The notes: generated by a model from the sequence alone, not told the origin. A stretch of 64,000 nt of DNA from an uncultured Eubacterium sp. (GCA_900544285.1 UQUT01000005.1:5251-69250); one strand, 5' to 3'; shown: positions 47,644 through 56,272, counted from the first letter of the stretch. Translations and numbers: made by a program.

Positions 47644-49239
47644 ATGTATCCGGAAAAATTTCAGAAATCGCTTGCGGCTGTCGAAGCGGCAAGAGAAGCA
47701 AACACAGCGTATGAGCCCGCCCGTATGACGGCAAAGGAAAAGGAAGATCTGCTTGCGGCATATCATCCCGACTATAAAAAGAGCGAGTTTGCCACACTCA
47801 AAATCGGCGCAAACAAGGGAGAGTCCGTGCCGCACGAGCTTTGCGAAATGCTTCAGGCTCACAGCCGCATTTCCGCATCGGACGTCGACCTTTCGGACGT
47901 TGCGTATGACGTCGACGTTCTCATAATCGGCGGCGGCGGCGCGGGTGCCTCCGCAGCTATCGAAGCCGACAATGTCGGCGCAAAGACGATGATTGTCACA
48001 AAGCTGCGCATAGGCGACGCAAACACAATGATGGCAGAGGGCGGAATTCAGGCGGCGGACAAGCCGAACGACTCGCCCGCAATTCACTTTCTCGACGCTT
48101 TCGGAGGCGGTCATTTTGCCGCGAAAAAAGAGCTTCTCGAAAAGCTCGTATGCGACGCACCGGAAGCAATTCAGTGGCTCAACGACCTCGGGGTCGAGTT
48201 TGACAAGGCTCCCGACGGCACAATGATTACAACTCACGGCGGCGGCACGTCGCGCAAGCGCATGCACGCGGCAAAGGACTATTCCGGCGCAGAAATTATG
48301 AGAACGCTCCGCGACGAGGTTCTCAATCGCGGAATTCCCGTTGTCGACTTCACATCAGCCATCGAGCTTATCCTTGACGAAAACGGCAAGGCGGCAGGCG
48401 CGGTGCTTATGAATATGGAAACAAAAGAGCTGATGGTGGCAAGAGCAAAGACTGTCATCATCGCGACGGGCGGCGCGGGACGTATGCATTATCAGGGCTT
48501 CCCCACGTCAAACCATTACGGCGCGACGGCGGACGGTCTCGTTCTCGGTTACAGGGTCGGCGCAAAGCTGCTCTATGCGGATACGCTTCAGTATCACCCG
48601 ACGGGCGCGGCGTTCCCCCAGCAGATTTTCGGCGCACTTGTGACGGAAAAGGTACGTTCTCTCGGCGCAAAGCTCGTCAACCGTGACGGCAAGGTGTTCA
48701 TGCACCCGCTTGAAACGCGTGACGTTGCGGCGGCGTCGATCATCAGAGAATGTTCCGACCGTGACGAAGGCATAGACACGGGCAACGGCAAGGCTGTATG
48801 GCTTGACACGCCGATGATTGAAAAAATCGGCGGCGAGGGCACGATTGAGCGCAGAATTCCCGCAATGATGCGTATGTTCGGAACATACGGCATCGACATA
48901 AGAAAAGAGCCTATTCTCGTTTATCCGACGCTCCATTATCAGAACGGCGGACTTGACATTGACGTGAGCGGAATGACGACGAACGTCGAAAATCTCTTTG
49001 TCGCGGGAGAGGCTGTCGGCGGAATACACGGCAGGAACCGCCTTATGGGCAACTCCCTGCTCGATATAATCGTTTTCGGAAGAAGCGCCGGAAAGAACGC
49101 AGCCGAAAAATCAAAGGACGTGAAGGTCGGCGCGCTCACGCTTGACCATATCGCAAAATTCGACGCGGAGCGCGAGGCGGCAGGCATTGTCACAGACGCT
49201 GTTTCACCCAAACTCCTGCCCGATTACAGAAGAAAATAA
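47644..49239 (+). CDS. Fumarate reductase/succinate dehydrogenase flavoprotein-like subunit (soluble type)
   Basis: 531 aa. DVLIIGGGGAGASAA, TKLRIGDANTMMAEGGIQAA, LQYHPTG, GLFVAGEAVGGIHGRNRLMGNSL. Confidence 0.7.
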   Translation: MYPEKFQKSLAAVEAAREANTAYEPARMTAKEKEDLLAAYHPDYKKSEFATLKIGANKGESVPHELCEMLQAHSRISASDVDLSDVAYDVDVLIIGGGGAGASAAIEADNVGAKTMIVTKLRIGDANTMMAEGGIQAADKPNDSPAIHFLDAFGGGHFAAKKELLEKLVCDAPEAIQWLNDLGVEFDKAPDGTMITTHGGGTSRKRMHAAKDYSGAEIMRTLRDEVLNRGIPVVDFTSAIELILDENGKAAGAVLMNMETKELMVARAKTVIIATGGAGRMHYQGFPTSNHYGATADGLVLGYRVGAKLLYADTLQYHPTGAAFPQQIFGALVTEKVRSLGAKLVNRDGKVFMHPLETRDVAAASIIRECSDRDEGIDTGNGKAVWLDTPMIEKIGGEGTIERRIPAMMRMFGTYGIDIRKEPILVYPTLHYQNGGLDIDVSGMTTNVENLFVAGEAVGGIHGRNRLMGNSLLDIIVFGRSAGKNAAEKSKDVKVGALTLDHIAKFDAEREAAGIVTDAVSPKLLPDYRRK

Positions 49240-49260
49240 TCCAACCGGGGGAATGAAAAA

Positions 49261-49593
49261 ATGATAGTTGATCTTCTTGAAGCACTCACAATTTTCTGTT
49301 TCGGTCTTTCATGGCCGATATCGATCCGCAAGTCGCTCGTTTCACGCACAGCGAAGGGCAAAAGCCTCTTCTTTGAGGTATTCCTTCTCGTCGGTTACGC
49401 ATGCGGTATTGCAAAAAAGATTATTGAAGCAACAGGCGCATTCGGTGTAACGCCCAAATCCGGATTTATATTCATACTCAGCTTCTTCTTCTATGTGCTC
49501 AACTTTATTGAAATTTCAATTGACGTTGCGCTCTATTTCAGAAACAAAAAGCTGGACGAAGAAGCCGATCGCCTTGTAGCAGAAAATAAATAA
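49261..49593 (+). CDS. Small 3-TM membrane protein, PQ-loop/SemiSWEET-like
   Basis: 110 aa. GLSWPISIRKSLVSRTAKGKSLFF resembles the PQ-loop motif region. GGGGGA RBS. 21 nt after the frdA-like gene, with no intervening terminator. Confidence 0.35.
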   Translation: MIVDLLEALTIFCFGLSWPISIRKSLVSRTAKGKSLFFEVFLLVGYACGIAKKIIEATGAFGVTPKSGFIFILSFFFYVLNFIEISIDVALYFRNKKLDEEADRLVAENK

Positions 49594-49596
49594 AAC

Positions 49597-49636
49597 AAAG
49601 CGTCCCCGCATTTCTGCGGGGACGCTTTTATTTTAT
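49597..49636. terminator. Bidirectional terminator closing the operon
   Basis: GCGTCCCCGCA-tttc-TGCGGGGACGC followed by TTTTATTTT. Confidence 0.8.
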
Positions 49637-50307
49637 TCCGTTTGTTTTTTCTCTCTGAAAATCACCTTATAGATTATCACCCACCAGATAAATCCGAGGG
49701 GAATTGCGGCGAAAATATCAAGTATGGAATGTTGCTTTACGAAAACCGTCGACACGCATATGAGCACGCCGAGGACTATCGCCGCCGCAAGAAGCCACTT
49801 GTGCCGGCGGAGGGACTTGCAGTCTATGACCGCAAAAACTATCGCCATTGCGCCGAAGACGTGCGCACTGGGAAGGACGTTTGTATATGTATCGGCTGTG
49901 TAAATGCGCTTCATCATGAAGCAGAAAATGTTTTCTTTTCCCGTTATATCGGGGCGCATATCCTGATAGTTCGGGAAAATCGCGCAGATGAAAATCATCG
50001 TGAAAAACGTCGCGCCTATGTATATCATATATTTTTTGAAGCCCTTTGCGTCGCGGAAGATGAGATAAAGTCCGATAGCCGCAAGCGCGGGATACCAAAG
50101 CGAATACGGTATTGCAAAGTATTCGCAGAAAGGAATCTTGTCATCGAGCGGAATATGCGAAAGGAACATTTTGTCCGCCGGAAAGTCGTTCGGTATCAGC
50201 TTTTCAAGGATGAAAAAAGCGATGAGGTATGCGGGGAATATCAATACATACCAAATGTGCTTATAATATTTGTTTTTTATCGGATAAGAGTTTATTTCTT
50301 CTGTCAT
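49633..50307 (-). CDS. PAP2-superfamily membrane phosphatase
   Basis: 224 aa with 5-6 TM helices and a PSAH motif. Confidence 0.55.
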   Translation of the reverse strand: MTEEINSYPIKNKYYKHIWYVLIFPAYLIAFFILEKLIPNDFPADKMFLSHIPLDDKIPFCEYFAIPYSLWYPALAAIGLYLIFRDAKGFKKYMIYIGATFFTMIFICAIFPNYQDMRPDITGKENIFCFMMKRIYTADTYTNVLPSAHVFGAMAIVFAVIDCKSLRRHKWLLAAAIVLGVLICVSTVFVKQHSILDIFAAIPLGFIWWVIIYKVIFREKKQTE

Positions 50308-50444
50308 TCGGGTTCTCCTTCTCGTTTGGTGCAGTATAAGAATATCATATTCGGGAGCGGGATGTCAATAGACGATTTTTTTCTTTTGCATATTGTAAAT
50401 AAAGGGGCATTGTGTTATCATTATTCTGAAAGGAAGGTGCTTTT

Positions 50445-52079
50445 ATGAAGATTACGTTTATCGGTGCGGCTCATGAGGTCACAGGCTCGTGCACGCTCAT
50501 CGAAACGGGAAAAACAAAATTCCTCGTCGACTGCGGCATGGAGCAGGGTCCCGATATGTATGAAAACCGCAACCTGCCCGTCTCACCTACGGAAATCGAC
50601 TTCCTATTTCTCACTCACGCACACATAGACCATTCCGGAAAGCTGCCGCTTCTTGTGAAGAACGGCTTCCGCGGAAAAATATATTCGACAGACGCCACCC
50701 GTCGCCTCTGCTCCGTTATGCTTTCGGACTCCGCGCATATTCAGATGTCGGACGCGGAATGGAAAAACAGAAAGGCAAAACGCTCCGGCAAGGGCGCATA
50801 TGAGCCGCTTTATGACCAGAACGACGTCGACGCGACGATGTCTCTCTTTGAAAGCTACGGTTATAATAAGGATTTCGCCGTCACAGAAGGTATCTCGGCA
50901 AGATTTTTTGATGCGGGACACCTGCTCGGTTCCTCCTCCGTCAAGCTCCGTCTGACAGAGGACGGAAAGGAATGCACCGTCATCTTCTCAGGCGATATAG
51001 GCAATTCCGAGCGACCGCTCCTGTGCGACCCGCAGATGCCGGACGAGGCTGACGTCGTTATAACCGAATCGACCTACGGCGACAGGGCACACGACGCTGT
51101 CCGTCCCGATTATGAAAAAAAACTTACGGAGCTCCTTACCGAAACCTTTGAAAAGGGCGGCAATCTCGTCATTCCGTCGTTTGCCGTCGGCAGGACACAG
51201 GAGCTGCTGTATCTTCTGCGGGGAATAAAGGAGCGTCATGCCGTAAAATATGATTTTCCCGTCTATCTTGACAGCCCGCTCGCCGTTGAAGCGACGAAAA
51301 TCTATGCTTCACCCGACATGCGCGACTATTATGACGAGGAAACCCTCACTCTGCTTTCCCGCGGCATAAACCCGATAACCTTTGACGGTCTGCACGTCAG
51401 CGTTACGACGGAGGACTCAAAGGCGATAAACACAGACCCGACGCCGAAGGTCATAATCGCGTCGTCCGGAATGTGCGAGGCGGGCAGAATACGTCATCAC
51501 CTAAAATATAATCTCTGGCGCAAGGAATGTACGGTTCTCTTCATCGGTTATCAGGTTGAAGGGACGCTTGGCAGGCGACTGCTCGACGGTGAAAAGACCG
51601 TAAACATTCTCGGCGAGGAGATAAATGTCGCGGCGAAGATAGACCGTCTGGACGGCATTTCCGCCCATGCGGACAAGGAAGGGCTGCTTCATTGGCTCGG
51701 CTCGATGAAAAAACGCCCGCGCAGGGTCTATGTCAATCACGGCGATGACACCGCCTGCGAGGCGTACGCAAAGGCTGTCGGCAGGAAGCTGCTGATAAAT
51801 GCCGTCGCGCCTTACAGCGGAGGCTGCTATGACCTTTTAAGCGACGTCTGCTATGATCCCGGCAACATGCAAAAGCTACAGAAACGCACTGCGCTCCCCG
51901 CAAAAAACAAGCCGTCCGTCGCATGGACAAAGCTATTCGCCGCCGGCGTGCGACTCTCCGATCTGATTGAAAGATCGCGCGGAATGAAGAGCAAGGAGCT
52001 CATGCAGCTGACAAATCAGATAAACTCCCTCTGCAATAAATGGGGAAAAACCGTGAAAAACAAAAAGAAAAAACGATAA
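50445..52079 (+). CDS. MBL-fold beta-CASP ribonuclease-like hydrolase
   Basis: HAHIDHSG motif. Domain order resembles CPSF/RNase J-like beta-CASP proteins. Basic C-terminal extension. Confidence 0.7.
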   Translation: MKITFIGAAHEVTGSCTLIETGKTKFLVDCGMEQGPDMYENRNLPVSPTEIDFLFLTHAHIDHSGKLPLLVKNGFRGKIYSTDATRRLCSVMLSDSAHIQMSDAEWKNRKAKRSGKGAYEPLYDQNDVDATMSLFESYGYNKDFAVTEGISARFFDAGHLLGSSSVKLRLTEDGKECTVIFSGDIGNSERPLLCDPQMPDEADVVITESTYGDRAHDAVRPDYEKKLTELLTETFEKGGNLVIPSFAVGRTQELLYLLRGIKERHAVKYDFPVYLDSPLAVEATKIYASPDMRDYYDEETLTLLSRGINPITFDGLHVSVTTEDSKAINTDPTPKVIIASSGMCEAGRIRHHLKYNLWRKECTVLFIGYQVEGTLGRRLLDGEKTVNILGEEINVAAKIDRLDGISAHADKEGLLHWLGSMKKRPRRVYVNHGDDTACEAYAKAVGRKLLINAVAPYSGGCYDLLSDVCYDPGNMQKLQKRTALPAKNKPSVAWTKLFAAGVRLSDLIERSRGMKSKELMQLTNQINSLCNKWGKTVKNKKKKR

Positions 52080-52085
52080 ACTCCG

Positions 52086-52121
52086 AAAATCCCGCGTTTT
52101 TGCGGGATTTTCTGCTTTTTT
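52086..52121 (+). terminator. Rho-independent terminator
   Basis: AAAATCCCGC-gttttt-GCGGGATTTT followed by CTGCTTTTTT. Confidence 0.75.
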
Positions 52122-52136
52122 GCGGTCATTTACCCG

Positions 52137-52165
52137 TTGACACGGATTTTTATATATGATATAAT
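52137..52165 (+). promoter_or_regulatory. Perfect consensus extended -10 sigma-A promoter
   Basis: TTGACA (52137-52142), a 17-nt spacer ending in TGa, then TATAAT (52160-52165). Confidence 0.7.
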
Positions 52166-52171
52166 TCACTT

Positions 52172-52356
52172 AATTACAATTTATCGAAAGGATTTTTCAG
52201 AGTGGAAAGCAGTACGGGCGACAGTCCTTACCGAAGTACATATTCGGACAGATATTCAGCATAACCCGCTCACTTTTGTGAGGCAAACGGGCTATGCTTT
52301 TTTGCGTTTCACAGAAAAATTCACATAACAAAATTTCTCGGAGGAATTCATTTTTT
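52172..52356 (+). promoter_or_regulatory. ~185-nt leader with an intrinsic terminator (attenuator or riboswitch candidate, class not recognised)
   Basis: Nested hairpin at 52258-52298: AGCATAACCCG...CGGGCTATGCT enclosing CTCAC-tttt-GTGAG. It is followed by TTTTTTGCGTTT, about 55 nt before the ATG at 52357. Confidence 0.45.
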
Positions 52357-53787
52357 ATGTCAGACCCTTATCCCTTATCCAATCTTATAACACCCGTCCT
52401 TCTCGACGCGTCTGCTTCGACAGCCAACGGCAACGGGAACACACTTATCCTGCAGATACTTTTTCAGATACTTCTGATATTCCTTAACGCCGTTTTCGCA
52501 TGCGCGGAAATTGCCGTTATTTCAATGAATCAGACAAAGCTTGATCAGCTCGTCGCAAAGGGCGATAAAAGAGCGAAAAAGCTTTCAAAGCTGACGGAAC
52601 AGCCCGCAAAATTTCTTTCGACCATTCAGGTTGCGATAACACTCGCAGGCTTCCTCGGAAGTGCTTTTGCGGCAGACAACTTCGCAGGCTATATAGTCAA
52701 CTGGCTTTATAAAGAAGGCGGCCCCGTTTCAAAAGAGGTGATAAATTCCGTCTCCGTCATTCTCGTAACGCTTATTCTTTCATACTTTACTCTCATCTTC
52801 GGCGAGCTTGTTCCGAAAAGAATCGCGATGAAGAAAACAGAGCAGCTTGCGCTCGGCATGTCCGGCATGCTCCGCTTCGTTTCGATAATTTTTGCCCCGA
52901 TAGTATGGCTTCTCACCGTTTCCACAAACGGCGTTCTCAAGCTGCTGGGTATCGATCCCAACGCAGAGGAAGACGAGGTGACAGAAGAGGAGATCCGCAT
53001 GATGGTTGACGCCGGCAGTGAAAAGGGCGCAATCGACGTTGAGGAAAAAGAGCTCATTCAGAACGTGTTCGAGTTTGACGACCTCACAGCGGACGAAATC
53101 GCAACCCACCGCACGGAAATCTCCCTGCTCTGGATGGACGAAACCGCAGAGGAATGGGAAGAGACCATTCACGATAGCCGTCACACGTATTTCCCGATAT
53201 GCGAGGAAAGCGTTGACAACGTTATCGGTGTGCTCAACGCAAAGGATTATTTCCGCCTGACGGATAAGAGCCGTGAAAACGTGATCAAAGAAGCGGTCAA
53301 GCCCGCATATCTCGTTCCGGAAGCCGTCAAAGCCGACGTACTTTTCAAAAATATGAAAAAGACGCACAATTATTTTGCGGTTGTTCTTGACGAATACGGC
53401 GGTATGAGCGGCATTGTCACAATGACAGACCTCATCGAATGTATCGTCGGCGACCTTGAAGAAAACACAGAGACAAATGCCGAGCCCGAGAAGGATATCG
53501 AACCCATCGACTCGAAAACGTGGAAAATAAGCGGCAGCGCGCCGATGGACGACGTTGTCGAGGCGCTCGGAATAACGCTTGAAGAAGAGAGCGACTGCGA
53601 TACCTTCGGCGGTTATGTCATGGGCATAATCGGCACAATTCCCGAGGACGGCACGACCCTGACAGCCGAAACCGAACACCTTTCCATAAAGGTTACGGAG
53701 ATAAAAGATCACAGAATTGAAAAAACCGTCGTCTGCCTGCTGGATCCTCCCGCAGATGAAGACGAGGAAAAGAAAGATAAAGAATAA
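52357..53787 (+). CDS. CNNM/CorC-HlyC family protein (DUF21 TM domain + CBS pair + CorC_HlyC)
   Basis: Start moved to MSDPYPL (GGAGGA RBS). TM domain, then CBS-pair region (VMTDLIECIVGDL is typical) and a C-terminal transporter-associated domain. Confidence 0.75.
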   Translation: MSDPYPLSNLITPVLLDASASTANGNGNTLILQILFQILLIFLNAVFACAEIAVISMNQTKLDQLVAKGDKRAKKLSKLTEQPAKFLSTIQVAITLAGFLGSAFAADNFAGYIVNWLYKEGGPVSKEVINSVSVILVTLILSYFTLIFGELVPKRIAMKKTEQLALGMSGMLRFVSIIFAPIVWLLTVSTNGVLKLLGIDPNAEEDEVTEEEIRMMVDAGSEKGAIDVEEKELIQNVFEFDDLTADEIATHRTEISLLWMDETAEEWEETIHDSRHTYFPICEESVDNVIGVLNAKDYFRLTDKSRENVIKEAVKPAYLVPEAVKADVLFKNMKKTHNYFAVVLDEYGGMSGIVTMTDLIECIVGDLEENTETNAEPEKDIEPIDSKTWKISGSAPMDDVVEALGITLEEESDCDTFGGYVMGIIGTIPEDGTTLTAETEHLSIKVTEIKDHRIEKTVVCLLDPPADEDEEKKDKE

Positions 53788-53825
53788 AACACAAAGCCCC
53801 CGCCTTCCGGCAGGGGCTTTTCTTT

Positions 53826-55922
53826 TCAATACGTTTCAACATTCTTGACGGTTCCGTCAGGATTATATTCCGTGACTCTGTAAAGCGCGCCGCCGACATA
53901 TTCATACATCACGCAGAGCACGCCGCTTCCGTCATATTCTCTTGCGACGTCGTTTCCGTCGCCCGAACGTTCGTAAACGATATATCCGTTAAGAACGCCG
54001 TTTTCGTCATAATATTCTTCTCTTATTCTGGAATTCCAATAGCTGTCCGTTTCGCCCGTGTATTCGATCACCGTCTGCAAAACGTCCGCCGAATTATATA
54101 TTCTTTCTATCTTGCGGAAGCCCTTTTCGCTGTATTCATAGGCATAGGTTGTGGATTTTTTGCCCTCTTCGTCATAGATGATACATTTCATCATATGACT
54201 CCAATAATCAAGACTGTCGCCGGAATATTCCTTTCTCGTCCTGATTATGCCCGCCGGACTGTATTCGCTGTCGGCAATTCTGAATCCCGCGTCATTATAT
54301 TCATAAACATAGACGGCTTCCAGCTCGCCGGAAATACTGTATATCTCCTCCCGCGTGATTGTGTTTATGTCCTCGCCACCCGTGCCGTCAAACTCGATTG
54401 CACTGCGGATAATTCCGCTCCCGTTATACCTTTTCTGCGAAATTTTCTTGCCGATTTCGTTATAGCCGTAAACGGTTACGCTTTCAACCGCGCCGCCATA
54501 GCCGTATTGCGTCTCTTTTATGACGTTTCTGTCCGTTCCGCCGGTGTATTCGCTTTCGGAGACAAGCGTGCCGTCCGCCGAATACGTCTTTTTGACGGCA
54601 AGCAGATTGTTTTCGTTATATTCAAAGAGCGAATAAAATGTCAGATTTCCGCTTTCGTCATAAAACATTTCCTTTGTCTCCGTGAGAGTGCCTTCTATGC
54701 TCAGCCCCGGAAATTCATATGCATGACGTATAACTCCCTGCGGAGTATATTGCTTTTCGCCTGTTCTGTGATTGTTTTCGTTGCGTTCGATGATTGTGTA
54801 TCCTGTCTCGGCACCGCTCTCGTCGTAATGCGTTTCCTTCTTTGCGTAGCCGCTTTCGTTATATTCCGTGCAAAGTCTGACGCCGCCGCCCGGATAATAT
54901 TCAAGGCTCTTTATCTTTGCGCCGCCACGATAATCGGACGACGTTCCGGAATAGATAATCTCGGTTTTGAGCGTGCCGTCCGCAGAGTACGTCTTTCCCG
55001 ACGTTATATACCCCGCGTCATTCCATTCCTGCGTTGAATATGATACAAGCGCGCCGTCCGAGCCGTAGGTCTCGCTTTTTATAATTCTTCCCTTTTCGTC
55101 GTGCTCATAGGTAAATACCTTTTCAACAGAGCCGTAGATTGAATATACCGTATACTTGACGGTATTGCCGTTCTCGTCCTCCTCAACCATATAGTTTCTC
55201 GATGAAGAAAACTCGTCCGGATAGCGCACAGCCCGCTTCTGCTGCCCGTTTTTCTGGTATTCGATTATATACTCAGTGCCCGTAATTTCGCTTGTCTTTT
55301 CCTCTTTGATTATGTCCCAATCGCTGTCATAATATCTTTCGGTCACGCTTTTTTTCTCGCCGGAGCGGTATTTTTCCGTTTCGGTGATTTTTCTCGCGAC
55401 CTCGTCATAAACAAATTCGCCGTAATAGAGGGGGTCTGCGTCCTCGCCGTAGGTATATGAAATCCGGATGACCTTGCCCTCTTCGTCATATTCGCATCTT
55501 TCAAAAAGCGGGTCGCCGCCGGAATAGACAATCTTCCGCTCGGTCATTTTTCCGCGTTCGTCATAAGAAAAATATCTTGTTTCCTTATAGCCGTATATCC
55601 CGTTTGACCGTATCATGGAGGAGACCTTGTCTCCGTCATATGAGTATTCATGATAGATCGGGCGATCGGAGGAAAGCGTGCTGTATGTCTGCTTTATCAG
55701 CTTCCCGTCCGCGTCAAACGTGCTTGTGACGGTATATTTTCCGCGCTTTTCTTCGTATGTTCCCGCCTCTTTTTTCGGGACGTTCGGGTCACCCGAAAGC
55801 TCAAATGCCGCCGCAAGGAGCTTTTCTCTGTCCGTTTCGTTCTTCGTTTTTCCGCAACCGCAAAGCAGGATTGAAGACAGCAAAATCACAAAGCAAAGAA
55901 TAAAAACGGTTGTTTTTTTCAT
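53826..55922 (-). CDS. Repetitive YD-repeat-like lipoprotein
   Basis: MKKTTVFILCFVILLSSILLCGC lipobox. About 25 iterations of a Y-x-Y-D/N-E-x-G-type beta-hairpin repeat (YSYDGDK, FSYDERGK, CEYDEEGK, FYDESGN...). No recognisable toxin or enzymatic domain. Confidence 0.6.
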   Translation of the reverse strand: MKKTTVFILCFVILLSSILLCGCGKTKNETDREKLLAAAFELSGDPNVPKKEAGTYEEKRGKYTVTSTFDADGKLIKQTYSTLSSDRPIYHEYSYDGDKVSSMIRSNGIYGYKETRYFSYDERGKMTERKIVYSGGDPLFERCEYDEEGKVIRISYTYGEDADPLYYGEFVYDEVARKITETEKYRSGEKKSVTERYYDSDWDIIKEEKTSEITGTEYIIEYQKNGQQKRAVRYPDEFSSSRNYMVEEDENGNTVKYTVYSIYGSVEKVFTYEHDEKGRIIKSETYGSDGALVSYSTQEWNDAGYITSGKTYSADGTLKTEIIYSGTSSDYRGGAKIKSLEYYPGGGVRLCTEYNESGYAKKETHYDESGAETGYTIIERNENNHRTGEKQYTPQGVIRHAYEFPGLSIEGTLTETKEMFYDESGNLTFYSLFEYNENNLLAVKKTYSADGTLVSESEYTGGTDRNVIKETQYGYGGAVESVTVYGYNEIGKKISQKRYNGSGIIRSAIEFDGTGGEDINTITREEIYSISGELEAVYVYEYNDAGFRIADSEYSPAGIIRTRKEYSGDSLDYWSHMMKCIIYDEEGKKSTTYAYEYSEKGFRKIERIYNSADVLQTVIEYTGETDSYWNSRIREEYYDENGVLNGYIVYERSGDGNDVAREYDGSGVLCVMYEYVGGALYRVTEYNPDGTVKNVETY

Positions 55923-56009
55923 ATTATCGTGTTTCCTTTCGGTAGGTTTTTGCATTCTTAAAGCCTTTCTTTAATTATATCGTAAAAATATGAACTTTTC
56001 AAGAACGGC

Positions 56010-56049
56010 TCCGAAAAAGCAAAAAGCGGCGGTGAATATTCACCGCCGC
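56010..56049 (-). terminator. Rho-independent terminator after the DUF896 gene
   Basis: GCGGCGGTG-aatatt-CACCGCCGC, followed on the minus strand by TTTTTGCTTTTT. Confidence 0.7.
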
Positions 56050-56053
56050 CGTG

Positions 56054-56272
56054 TTATTTGTCCTCTTTTTTTCTTATATCGGACAGCTTTTCGATTGTTC
56101 CGTCCGGACGCTTTATGACGGTGTTTTCAAGCTGACCCGCAAAACTCGCGCGGAAACGGAGACGGAATTCGTTGCGGAGCTTTGTCTGTTCCGCCTTTTC
56201 TTCCTCCGTCAATCCTTCGGATTTTTCTTTATGAGCAAGCTCGTTTATTCTTCTTGTAAGTTCGTCTTTCAT
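56054..56272 (-). CDS. DUF896 (UPF0291) family protein
   Basis: 72 aa. RINELAHKEKSEGLTEEEKAEQTKLRNEF is typical of DUF896. Confidence 0.6.
   Translation of the reverse strand: MKDELTRRINELAHKEKSEGLTEEEKAEQTKLRNEFRLRFRASFAGQLENTVIKRPDGTIEKLSDIRKKEDK

Noticed and set aside
40486-49239. Alternative readings of the Hdr cluster: a methanogen-type CoM-S-S-CoB reductase, or a QmoABC-AprAB-like sulfate-reduction module.
   Set aside because: The surrounding genes are clearly bacterial and Firmicute (sporulation, RBS and promoter style). The small Fe-S partner has the SdhB/FrdB-type plant 2Fe-2S N-domain rather than an AprB ferredoxin. The flavoprotein is 531 aa with the HPT motif of Frd/Sdh. The upstream mdh and fumC genes point to fumarate as substrate.
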